The notes below the pieces were generated by a model that was not told the origin of the DNA, did not search any database, and saw nothing but the letters and a program-made list of their open reading frames with translations. A program made the translations under genes and the position numbers. Shown here piece by piece: positions 46,777 to 56,583 of a DNA stretch of 58,681 nt. Position 1 is the stretch's first letter. Each line of letters begins with the position of its first letter. The stretch comes from a virus (taxonomy: Duplodnaviria > Caudoviricetes), in the IMG/VR virus record IMGVR_UViG_3300025687_000049, positions 1 to 58,681 of that record; one strand, written 5' to 3'.

Positions 46777-49700
46777 GCTTTTCCTGCTGCTACGTGTAAT
46801 TGTAAAATTTGTGCTGCTATAGTGACTGTCTCTCCAGAGGCGGTATGAGTAATAGTAACAGATGGATATTTAGTATTATTACCACTTATTGCACCCGCAG
46901 ACCATCCGGTAGACACTCCTGTAAAAGCTCCAGTTATAGTATCAGAGTTACTTGAGGTGACATTTGTCATAGTCCATCTCCAGGTAACGCTTGCTATAAC
47001 TCCATTAGCAATAGCAGATATTACTACATCTTGAGTGTCTGTTCCCCCTTCTGAACATTGGGGCTCATATATAACTCCATCGTTAGTTATCCAAGTAGTT
47101 TCATAATTTGACGCTTGAAGATGAGTTACTATATCATCGTTTAAAACGTCAACGTCATCTATAAGGGTACCCCCAGAATCGAATAAGTTAGTGCCGGCAG
47201 TAGCGCCTACAGTAGCTGCCAAATCTCCGGCGTAAAGCCCCCCGCCCGTAAACCGAAGCGCATTTGGAACGCCGGTAAGATCGATTTCATCGTCGTTCAT
47301 CAACGCCATGACGGTGACGTTATCGACATACAGAACACCGCTAGAGCCATCGCCCTGAATGCCAATATAGTCTGTGCCTCCGCTGATGGGTGTGGGCACT
47401 GAGTAGGTGAATAAGTAGGGAACCCACGATGTCGTCGGCGTAAAAGCTTGCCAGCCGCTGTTCCCGTTATCGTTCGTCGAATAGGCCACTTCAAAGGAAG
47501 TTGCGCCGCCGCTTGACGCGGCTTTGGCGTAACAAGTTACGAGAATTCGCCTGCCCCCAAATGCGAGCGCGATTTCCGTCGGGATCACGAAATAAACGCC
47601 GCCTGTAGTGCCAGCCGCATTCGTTGATTTTGTTGCCGTGACAATCCTTGCCGCTGAACTCCCTGAAAATTTTTCTGTTGTTTCTCTAGTCAGCGTGTGA
47701 CCAGCGGGCGCTGTCCACCCGGTAAACTCTGCACCATCCTCAAAACCGTTACGCCACAAACCACCCGTTGATTGACCCACCACTGAGGCGGGAGTGCCAT
47801 TGACGCTGGAAATGAGATTGCCGCCAGAATCGAGGCCAGTGCTGATTCGCCCATCGGTCAACTCAGTCGGGCGGTTCGTAACATCTGATGTCCAGCTAAC
47901 ATCATCCTGATCGGCAAGCGCTCCGGTATTTCGGGTGGCTCTGGATCGTTTTATGCACCATTCAATTTCTAAATTGCCAGTTGCTCCGACATTGTTGGCA
48001 GCATCCAGCACAATAGATGCGTACCTGCACGTCGACGTAGGTACGTATGTGCCCGAGAAAACTGCATAGGTTGTACTTAAATCCCACTCATTGCTTGTTG
48101 CATATGCAGTATTTGGAGAAGTGAGTGCAACTGCACGCGTCTGCACTTGCAGCAAATCTGCTGAATCGGCACCAGCCTGGCCAGTTGTAGATACAATTGC
48201 ACGCTTACCGCTGGCTAGATCTGAGTCATACTCCCGCACAGCCATGACGAACCTAGTGCCATCACCTGAAACGGTTTTGCGTACTAGCGCGGAAATTTCA
48301 TATTCCGTATTGGGTTCTGGAATGAAAAAAGCCCCCGCATACTGTAGGCCAGCATCGGCAGGTATGATGATCACATCTCTTGAGGCGTCTTTGTATTGTG
48401 CAGGCGCGGCTGATCCGTATCCGTACCAACTCGCCGGTGCAGGGTTTCCAGTTGGCCCAACTCGCGGAATCTCGAATGTCGGGTTTTGGTTTTCTGCCGA
48501 TAGCGCGTTAACAACAAGCTGGTCGTTTCGCACGTCAATATCTGAAAGTATATCGCCTGCTTCATTTTTTAAATCAGTGCCCGCAGTAGCGCCTTCTAAT
48601 CCTGGTGATACAATCGTGAAACGTAAATTGTCCATGTAAAAAGATGCGGTATTTGTACCGATTGCCCCAATCACAACGCGAATACGATCCCACGGGGTTG
48701 ATCCAATACTTCCACCGCTGTAGGTCTTATCATTTAATGATAATTTGAAATAAACTCGCTGCCAGGCACCTATTACAGTGGTGTCGATTGATTCTTGTTT
48801 ATATATGAAATTAACAGAAGTACCACCATGACTTAATCTCACTTGTATGCCTACACCACTGCCAGAGGTATAAGAGGCAAGGTATATGTCAAAAGAACCA
48901 ATAACAATTGAATCAGCAGGTAATGAAATTGCGGAATCCCTATATAAATAGGATGACCCCGACCCCGTGGTACTTATATATACAGAATGAGGTCCCGTAA
49001 GGATATATGTAGAATTAGTGTTCTTGCTTATTGAGCCCCCACCAACTGGTAAATAACCGTCAGGATAGGTGCCAGTCCAATCAGCAAATGCAGGGTTAAA
49101 CCCTAAAGCGCTTGCATCATCGAAATTCGTTATAGTCCCGTCCGATATAACATTACCGTTAGCGTTTACCAGGTCAGTGCCTGCGGTAGCACCAACTGTA
49201 GCGTTGTCGTCTGGGGCGTTTGTTGTGCCAGATATATTCGCCCATACCTGCGCCTCATTTTCTATGTTTGGCGAAAGTATCGCAAAGCGCAAATTGTCAA
49301 AAATGACGGTACCTGTAAACGCTGAAAGACCAGCACCGGTATAGGACGCCATAAAAAAAATGCGTACAGCGTCGTATAAAGTAGGGGTACCACCAGTAGG
49401 TCCCTGAGTTTTGTCATTTTTTGAAATTTTAAAATAAACTCTCTGCCAAACTCCTGTGTTAGACGGATTAGGAACAGGTGCTCCTAGTCGATAGAAAGCG
49501 CTACCATCCACTAAATCTATCAATAACCCAGGAGTGCCGCTCGTGTATGATTCAATATAGACATCATAGGACCCAATAAGAATAGAATTTACATCAAATT
49601 CCATAAGTATTGCTGGACTCATTACATTACTCGTCCTGTACATACCTGCGTCTGTACCATCACAGGTGAATTTAACAGCGTTAGAGCCGGTTAAAACCGT

Positions 49701-52700
49701 TGTATTTTCCTTGCTTACATCCGAAATTGCGCCGACACCCCAAGCATTATACCCAGCAGGGAAGGTCCCGCTCCAATCTGAAAACGCAGGATTAAATCCA
49801 AGCGCTGTTGCGTCATCAAAATTCGTTATCGTCGAGTCTGAAATGACGTTGCCTTCAGCGTCATACAGATCTTTACCAGCGATAGCCCCTTCTAGTCCCG
49901 GGGATACAACCGCAAAGCGTAAATTGTCATAATAGACAGTTCCTTGAAAGTAGGTATCCCCTCCTATATTATATGAAGGCATTATTACTATTCTAAATTC
50001 TTGAAATCTAGTTGTAGGTAGTACACCCACCCCGAGAGCAGTTGAATAATCCCTGTTAGATAGCTTGAAATAAACTCTCTGCCATGATCCTATAATAGAA
50101 GTGTCTGCTAGTGAGTAGGAAGCAACACCTCCGGTTCCTGCTGCCGCCTTGGGTTCTGTATACATCCCACACCAAATTTTAGGGGCACCCCCACTGGTAT
50201 AAGAAGTTATTAACATATCACAAGATCCTACAATCACTGTATCTGGGTCTAGGGATATATCAATACTATCTGATAGCCATCTTTCCCAGCCCAGGTTGTT
50301 ACTATCGTTATTTACCCCTCTAATAGAGTAAGGTCCCGTGAGTTTATATAATGGATCAGTATTACGATCCATATACCCAGTACCTGGATTTGTCCAGACC
50401 GTATAACCATCTGGTGGCGATGTTGAGACCGACCAATCAGTGAAAGCCCCATTAAACCCCCAAGCACTGGCATCGTCAAAGTTTCTAATAAACGCGTCGT
50501 CTATGACGTTACCTTCAGCATCAAATATATCTGAACCTGTAGTAGCCCCGTATTCCCGAACAACCGCCCATTCAATTTCTAATGGACGAGCATCATTACC
50601 GTCTAGTATACAAAGGGATGCCCACTTTGCTGCACTTCCAGGAGTATAGATTCCAGTGAACACCGCAAAGGTACTAGTAAGGGAAGGAGTGGATATAACG
50701 GAAACTATATTATCATATGCCTGAATTTGACTCTCTGCACTTGCAGAACCACCTATTGCAGTTTTTCCAGTAGTAAGTGCACTTTCAATATCTGCTATTT
50801 GAATATAGGAGGCTGAAGAGGCTCCTGCGGGGTCTCTCATCATTACACTAATTTCATATTTTGCCCCTGGAGATACTGGAAAAGCTGTATTACAGGCTCG
50901 GACCCCTGACCCAGGAAGTTCCATAACGTCTCTAGTTGTATCTGATACGTATGTTATGTTGCCAGCAGAGGCTTGTCTGAACCAAGATGCTGGGGCTAGG
51001 TCGCCTGCTGGATTGCGTCTTTGCAGTTGCATAGACGCGTTTTGATTGATAGCAGACAGTGCTGAAGTAACCAGCTGGTCATTTCGAAGATCAATATCAG
51101 CTAGAACAGTACCAGCTTCATTGAAGACGTTATTACCTAATTGCGCCCCGTATGTGGGCGCGGCTGTTAATGATATAGCTTCTCCAAATAATCCTCCACC
51201 TTCAATTAGGTCTCCAGTAGTTGTTTTTATCCATCCTATCGCTACATAGTCTATATCAGGAGTGAAAGTTATTCCAGTGCCGTTATTGTCGTAGTACCAC
51301 TGATTATTTTCCTCATACACGAAAGCGATGTCAGTAGAAGTAGAAAAGACTGTAAATGTATTTCCAGGTAAAGTTGTATTTACACAAATAAATCCGTATT
51401 TACTTTCTACTCCCGTTAGGAAGGTAAAAGTTGCCGTAGTATGAGGAACATTTATAACATCTCCATTCCACAGAAAAGAAGGAATTGCAGAACCTGTAAG
51501 ATCTACTGTGCCGTCTGTATTTACTCCAAATATAGCCCCTTCTCCTGAGTTTGAAGAGTTATTTCTATCTGTATTTAGCTTAAGAGCCATAGTACGAGCA
51601 ACCCCAGGTAAACTAGTATACGTTTGAAGCGTATACGTAGCTGGAGAAGCTGATTTAGTTATTTTTGCCAGAATATAGTCATTAATAGGATCAAGAGTAT
51701 ATGTCTGCTTATAAATACTAGTAGAGGATGGGAATGCCTTGTAAATAGTTTCTTTAGTTCTTATATATGTAGCAGTCACATTAGACACAGTGCCGTACCA
51801 AGCCGAAGCCCCTGATCCTAGTCTTATTACGTCACCAGGAGAAAGAGACCCCGATAAATCAGAGCTCGTAGGAATGATTCTAGTATATACAGTTATTCCT
51901 GGAGAGCCGTTGGTGTAGTCTACTATATCAATATCAGCTGAAGTAGTAGCTCCTAGAGTAGTGAAGGCTGTGGTTCCTAGTAATTGTAAATACTGCTTAT
52001 TTAAGGGCGCTCCTGTAGCATTTAAAGCTGTGGAATCCGTAGGTATAGTTAGTCTAACTAGGGTATTGCTTGCGAAGGAATACATTAGATAGGCATCACT
52101 ATCTAATGACATACTGGAAAAATCAAGGGAAGGAATACTAGTTAAAGCTACAGAAACCCCATATGGAGACACTATTGTAAAATCAGAAGTTTGAAAAGAG
52201 AGTATACCATTAGAATTTACAGAAATTGAAGTTTCTAATGTACCACCTGTGGCCACTCCTCCAATTCTAGTAATCCCTGAGGAACCACTTCCAAGAGTAG
52301 GAGCTGTATCGAAAGAAGCAGAAGCCCAAGCAGACTTTCTGCCTAATACATTTACAGTACGTACAAATACTTCAGTATTAGCTAGAGAAACATAGTTCCT
52401 TATAATTAATCCGTTGGCTTTTTTTACTTGTTGGACTAAGTAGGAGTTATCTTCGGTAAAATTATGTTTAACTTCATAATAGTCAATATAACTATAAAAA
52501 TCATCCTGTCCGGGTGTTCTTGGAGCAGTCCACTCTATTTGAGCCTGATACATATTTATAGAGGAAGTATCCTCATCTAATCCAGAAGAAGCTCTGCTAA
52601 TTGATAATTCTATATTAGTAGGTTCAGGTACCTTTACTCCATCAAAAGTAGGTAAAGGAGTGCTGGTAGGTACTGTAACTTCGTACCCTCTATCTACAGC

Positions 52701-55520
52701 CCTAAATTTATCATCTAAATACTGATGTGCTGTTATACTTACACTTTTATCATCATTCTCTAATATACTAAGAACTCTATATTTTTTAGCCCCAAGATTA
52801 GAATTAGACTTAGTTCTATTAGTGATAGTAAAGATTACTTCACCACTAGGAGCAGAAGAAAAAGCAGAATCTACAGTTACTGAAGATAAATTAGTAGAGG
52901 ACCCAACAGTAAAACTTCTACTTTCAACAGAAACCAATGAGTTCCAGTCTAGCTGTATATAGTTTCCATCATCATCAATGGCATTACTAGCCTCTTCTTC
53001 AGTATCTATAGTAACTAATGAACCAGGAGACCCAGCTTGATAGGCTTGAAGTATTTGGTCTCCTTGAGAGTAAGTAACCCCATTTATAACTGCAGAGTCT
53101 TGTTGTAAGTATGCGGAAGCATTAGGAAACACAAGATGTAGATCATATGTATCGGCTGTTAGAGGTAAAGATCTATCAAAATAAACAGTAGTAGTAGTGT
53201 GGCTATTAGATCTAGCCAATCTACCTGAGGCGATTGCATTTGTTTTATTATAGTCTTGAACATAAATTAGATCTCCAACCCGTACAAAGGACGCGTTAAT
53301 ACCTGATGAAAATTTAACAATCTCTGTTTCCAGACGTTCTGTTAATAACATCCATTTACCAAGGCGAGTAGCCTGCCCTTCAGAAGTACAACCCACAGCC
53401 AGAACATCTTTCTTAAGGATTTTATTTTCCTCAATAATAGACTCAGAATCTTCTACTGTAGTAGATTCCTTTTTATAAAAGTTTGTAGGGTTATTCCATG
53501 TTACATTAACTTGATTTATTCTTTGTCTTTTTGAAGTACTTTCATACGAAAACTCCCCTCCAAGTACATTCGAATTAGCAAAAGTATAAATAGGGGCTTT
53601 AGGAGCGTCTTGAGAAGCCCCTATTTCTCCATTAGACCATCTAAGTATACCCCTAAAGATAGAGGCCAGGTCATTTAATACCTTGAAGGCTTCCTGCCTA
53701 GACTGCAAGTATAAATTACAGGTAAATCTTGGTTCTAACCCACCTTTTCCATCTGGAACTAGTTCATCACAATAACGTCCTATTCTATATAAATCATATT
53801 TAGATATGTTCTGAGCCTGTAAATACTCTCCTAATCCATACCTATTATTAGACAGAATATCATAATATATCCAGGCAGGATTACTAGTAAAAACTTTGTC
53901 ATAGTTAGGATGAGTTTTATCCGTGTTCCAAGAAGCGTCAGCAATATCCCCTCTAAATTTGCCGTCCCATCTAACCTCGGACCCAGTATCTGCCCCAGTA
54001 GTTACATTTCTAGTATAGGCAGCGACTCCCCCGTTTTCGTGAGCAGCAAGATAATTAGTTGGAACTTGAACTTTTATTCCGTCCACTAAGTAAGAACGAG
54101 CGGGAATATTATCAAACTCACTTGATTTAAATTTAACTCCCGCATAAGCAGTATGTGGGTAATTTAATTTATCATTATTATAAGCGAATATAGCCTGTAA
54201 ATAGGATTGATGCTGAGAATTAGTAGAATCCCTAATAGAAATTTCATCTCCTGTTACTCTTTTTATTCTTATTCTAAAATCATCAAAAGGCTGAAATTTT
54301 TCTACAGCGAAACCGAACTCTTTAATAAATTCAGAAGTACTTTTTGTAGTTACTACCCCAGAATTAGTCTGTCCTTGTGCAATAGCCCACTTATCCACTT
54401 GTTCCTCAAGAACTGTTGAGTCCTTTAAACTCTTAGCAGGTCTTGTTTCAATTTCATCATCAGAAACCCCAAATACTGGCACAGAATTAGAGCTATTTGC
54501 TATAGTTCCGTCTGAATTATACCATATTTCTCCACGCTTGTACTCAAAAAATATTTGAAACTCTACAGAATTAGCTAATTTATCACCATCTATTTGATAG
54601 CGTATCATAGAAGGGAATTGTAAGACTACTTTAAGATAATCAATAGAACCCGCATCCGCTATACCCATACTAGTTGAAGCAGTTTTAATAGTTGGGTCTT
54701 GCCCAGAAATAGTTCCAGGACTAAACGAGGCCAGAGTCCTAGAGGATTGTTTTATCTCATCATTAAATTTCGAGGCAAAAGAAGTTCCTGTTCCTCCAAT
54801 AGTAGTATCAGCTATAGATTGCTCACGGCTTCCAACTCTAAACATTACTCCAGCAGTTTCAAAATTTCTTTTGCCAATAAGTACAGAAGATGTACTAGAG
54901 CCTACTGGAAGAATCACAGCTGGAGAATTTGTTAGAGCGTTAGTAGTGCCAGAAGCTAATACCAAAGTAGTACTATTAGAAACAGATGCTATAGTTCTAG
55001 TCTCTTGGACATATACTGTTCTGGGGTTACCCGCCCCAACTGGGCCTGGAAGAGGAGAATCTACTTGTACTCTACTATTAGCCCCCGAAGAAACCGCTCC
55101 AAGCGCTGATATTTTTCGCTTATAAGATTCTCCGTTTGGGCCACCGGTAATAGTTATTAGTTTACCTACGTCTGAAGAAGCCCAAGTATGATTTGGAGTA
55201 TAAAGAACCCTTCTATGCTTATTTGTATAAACATAACAATTTGATATTGTTATAGCCCTTTCAAAAGTTACAACTCTAGAAGACTGGGTTAAATCCAACT
55301 CAGTTAAATCAAACCCTGATTCAGGATTAAAGGTAACAGTAGTGTATGGCGCCCCTGATATTGTAGCAGACCCTGATACTGGACCAAGAGACTCTCTTTC
55401 TTCGCTATCTATAATAGGTGTGCCGTCCAAGTATACGGAAGCTTCTCCATACACAAGGCCTTTTACCTCTCCTTCGGAGATCAGATCATAGATTATAGCA
55501 GTTTGAGTTTGTTTGGTCAT
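46773..55520 (-). CDS. Tail tip / central fibre protein J-like with tandem carbohydrate-binding-like modules
   Basis: DLISEGEV.GL, YP.TAY, G.KV.VP.NY, NPAWI.YD....RYG.G, EPRF.CN, GCTS.GQA.R.G.W, FN3; repeated C-terminal modules. Confidence 0.9.
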   Translation of the reverse strand: MTKQTQTAIIYDLISEGEVKGLVYGEASVYLDGTPIIDSEERESLGPVSGSATISGAPYTTVTFNPESGFDLTELDLTQSSRVVTFERAITISNCYVYTNKHRRVLYTPNHTWASSDVGKLITITGGPNGESYKRKISALGAVSSGANSRVQVDSPLPGPVGAGNPRTVYVQETRTIASVSNSTTLVLASGTTNALTNSPAVILPVGSSTSSVLIGKRNFETAGVMFRVGSREQSIADTTIGGTGTSFASKFNDEIKQSSRTLASFSPGTISGQDPTIKTASTSMGIADAGSIDYLKVVLQFPSMIRYQIDGDKLANSVEFQIFFEYKRGEIWYNSDGTIANSSNSVPVFGVSDDEIETRPAKSLKDSTVLEEQVDKWAIAQGQTNSGVVTTKSTSEFIKEFGFAVEKFQPFDDFRIRIKRVTGDEISIRDSTNSQHQSYLQAIFAYNNDKLNYPHTAYAGVKFKSSEFDNIPARSYLVDGIKVQVPTNYLAAHENGGVAAYTRNVTTGADTGSEVRWDGKFRGDIADASWNTDKTHPNYDKVFTSNPAWIYYDILSNNRYGLGEYLQAQNISKYDLYRIGRYCDELVPDGKGGLEPRFTCNLYLQSRQEAFKVLNDLASIFRGILRWSNGEIGASQDAPKAPIYTFANSNVLGGEFSYESTSKRQRINQVNVTWNNPTNFYKKESTTVEDSESIIEENKILKKDVLAVGCTSEGQATRLGKWMLLTERLETEIVKFSSGINASFVRVGDLIYVQDYNKTNAIASGRLARSNSHTTTTVYFDRSLPLTADTYDLHLVFPNASAYLQQDSAVINGVTYSQGDQILQAYQAGSPGSLVTIDTEEEASNAIDDDGNYIQLDWNSLVSVESRSFTVGSSTNLSSVTVDSAFSSAPSGEVIFTITNRTKSNSNLGAKKYRVLSILENDDKSVSITAHQYLDDKFRAVDRGYEVTVPTSTPLPTFDGVKVPEPTNIELSISRASSGLDEDTSSINMYQAQIEWTAPRTPGQDDFYSYIDYYEVKHNFTEDNSYLVQQVKKANGLIIRNYVSLANTEVFVRTVNVLGRKSAWASASFDTAPTLGSGSSGITRIGGVATGGTLETSISVNSNGILSFQTSDFTIVSPYGVSVALTSIPSLDFSSMSLDSDAYLMYSFASNTLVRLTIPTDSTALNATGAPLNKQYLQLLGTTAFTTLGATTSADIDIVDYTNGSPGITVYTRIIPTSSDLSGSLSPGDVIRLGSGASAWYGTVSNVTATYIRTKETIYKAFPSSTSIYKQTYTLDPINDYILAKITKSASPATYTLQTYTSLPGVARTMALKLNTDRNNSSNSGEGAIFGVNTDGTVDLTGSAIPSFLWNGDVINVPHTTATFTFLTGVESKYGFICVNTTLPGNTFTVFSTSTDIAFVYEENNQWYYDNNGTGITFTPDIDYVAIGWIKTTTGDLIEGGGLFGEAISLTAAPTYGAQLGNNVFNEAGTVLADIDLRNDQLVTSALSAINQNASMQLQRRNPAGDLAPASWFRQASAGNITYVSDTTRDVMELPGSGVRACNTAFPVSPGAKYEISVMMRDPAGASSASYIQIADIESALTTGKTAIGGSASAESQIQAYDNIVSVISTPSLTSTFAVFTGIYTPGSAAKWASLCILDGNDARPLEIEWAVVREYGATTGSDIFDAEGNVIDDAFIRNFDDASAWGFNGAFTDWSVSTSPPDGYTVWTNPGTGYMDRNTDPLYKLTGPYSIRGVNNDSNNLGWERWLSDSIDISLDPDTVIVGSCDMLITSYTSGGAPKIWCGMYTEPKAAAGTGGVASYSLADTSIIGSWQRVYFKLSNRDYSTALGVGVLPTTRFQEFRIVIMPSYNIGGDTYFQGTVYYDNLRFAVVSPGLEGAIAGKDLYDAEGNVISDSTITNFDDATALGFNPAFSDWSGTFPAGYNAWGVGAISDVSKENTTVLTGSNAVKFTCDGTDAGMYRTSNVMSPAILMEFDVNSILIGSYDVYIESYTSGTPGLLIDLVDGSAFYRLGAPVPNPSNTGVWQRVYFKISKNDKTQGPTGGTPTLYDAVRIFFMASYTGAGLSAFTGTVIFDNLRFAILSPNIENEAQVWANISGTTNAPDDNATVGATAGTDLVNANGNVISDGTITNFDDASALGFNPAFADWTGTYPDGYLPVGGGSISKNTNSTYILTGPHSVYISTTGSGSSYLYRDSAISLPADSIVIGSFDIYLASYTSGSGVGIQVRLSHGGTSVNFIYKQESIDTTVIGAWQRVYFKLSLNDKTYSGGSIGSTPWDRIRVVIGAIGTNTASFYMDNLRFTIVSPGLEGATAGTDLKNEAGDILSDIDVRNDQLVVNALSAENQNPTFEIPRVGPTGNPAPASWYGYGSAAPAQYKDASRDVIIIPADAGLQYAGAFFIPEPNTEYEISALVRKTVSGDGTRFVMAVREYDSDLASGKRAIVSTTGQAGADSADLLQVQTRAVALTSPNTAYATSNEWDLSTTYAVFSGTYVPTSTCRYASIVLDAANNVGATGNLEIEWCIKRSRATRNTGALADQDDVSWTSDVTNRPTELTDGRISTGLDSGGNLISSVNGTPASVVGQSTGGLWRNGFEDGAEFTGWTAPAGHTLTRETTEKFSGSSAARIVTATKSTNAAGTTGGVYFVIPTEIALAFGGRRILVTCYAKAASSGGATSFEVAYSTNDNGNSGWQAFTPTTSWVPYLFTYSVPTPISGGTDYIGIQGDGSSGVLYVDNVTVMALMNDDEIDLTGVPNALRFTGGGLYAGDLAATVGATAGTNLFDSGGTLIDDVDVLNDDIVTHLQASNYETTWITNDGVIYEPQCSEGGTDTQDVVISAIANGVIASVTWRWTMTNVTSSNSDTITGAFTGVSTGWSAGAISGNNTKYPSVTITHTASGETVTIAAQILQLHVAAGKA

Positions 55521-56249
55521 TTAAAATATTCCGTCAATAGATATATTAAGGAAAGAATTTAAGTTAGCATAAAAATTTTCCCAGGCTTCTTCTTCTGTAG
55601 TATTATCAGAGAAATTTAATTCCCCGTTCTCATTACCAGTAATAGGATTTAATGTAGGCAATGAGTAAGTAAGTAAATTATTAGTTGGAAGAGTCAGATT
55701 AACGTGAATTGGAGCCCCACCAACTAGCATTCTCCCATATAGTAAAGGAACAGGCTGACCTTGTTTAAGTGTGGGTTCTGGCCCGTCAAAAATTCCAAGA
55801 TCCTTTTCCTCTTTATCGGAGTCCGGTGTTTTCGCTAATAGCTGAGTTACTCCTTGAAGAGCTAAGCTTACCCCAGTGGAAGCAGCTAATAATCCGAAGC
55901 CCCCCTTAATAGTTTTAGGTTCAAACCCTAGGGCTACACCCACAATAATAAGAACTACGCCTGCTAGTATTTTGCCCCAGCCTTTTCCAGACCCAGCTGG
56001 AATTAAAGAAATATAAACTTCTTCTGACCCTAGATTATTCAGCAATAGCTCATAAGGCTCTTCTACCTCAAAAGTAGGGCCAACTACACCTATGTCCATT
56101 CCGAGCCTAGCCGCTTCTATAAGAAATGCTCTAAACTCGGGCTCTTGACACTCTATTAGTTTAAATATATCGGCCACAGAGGAGGCCTGTATCTCCCACA
56201 GTTCTCCAAATTTAGCTAATGGTCCAAGTAGGTGGACTTTTCTATCCAT
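55521..56249 (-). CDS. Tail assembly protein I-like
   Basis: V.L.G.L, P...GSG, QG.PVP.LYGR..VG. Confidence 0.85.
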   Translation of the reverse strand: MDRKVHLLGPLAKFGELWEIQASSVADIFKLIECQEPEFRAFLIEAARLGMDIGVVGPTFEVEEPYELLLNNLGSEEVYISLIPAGSGKGWGKILAGVVLIIVGVALGFEPKTIKGGFGLLAASTGVSLALQGVTQLLAKTPDSDKEEKDLGIFDGPEPTLKQGQPVPLLYGRMLVGGAPIHVNLTLPTNNLLTYSLPTLNPITGNENGELNFSDNTTEEEAWENFYANLNSFLNISIDGIF

Positions 56250-56583
56250 CCAAATCTCCTGGGTTTAACCAATAAAAATCCATAGATGGATAAGATACTA
56301 TTAAATAAGGTATTTTTATAAAATTACACACTTGTATATCATGTTTGCTTGGCTGAGCTTCTTCTTGATCTGGGTGAGAGTGTACTATTGCTACTATAGA
56401 ATCCGTCTTCATTGTTATTGTCATATATTCCACAGAGTTGAATAGAAATCCTTCTTCGGTGTCTTCTGCATGGTTTTCACAAGGAAACCATAGCTCTTCG
56501 CCCCCTAGCTTAGCTAGTAGACCACAGGACTCTCTTGGGTATTCCGACTCTGCGTGTTTAAAAATTGCGTCTATGTGTTTCAC
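56242..56583 (-). CDS. Tail assembly protein K-like, JAB/MPN domain only
   Basis: HA...YPRE.CG, N, HSHPD....PS..D; no NlpC/P60 domain. Confidence 0.8.
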   Translation of the reverse strand: MKHIDAIFKHAESEYPRESCGLLAKLGGEELWFPCENHAEDTEEGFLFNSVEYMTITMKTDSIVAIVHSHPDQEEAQPSKHDIQVCNFIKIPYLIVSYPSMDFYWLNPGDLDG

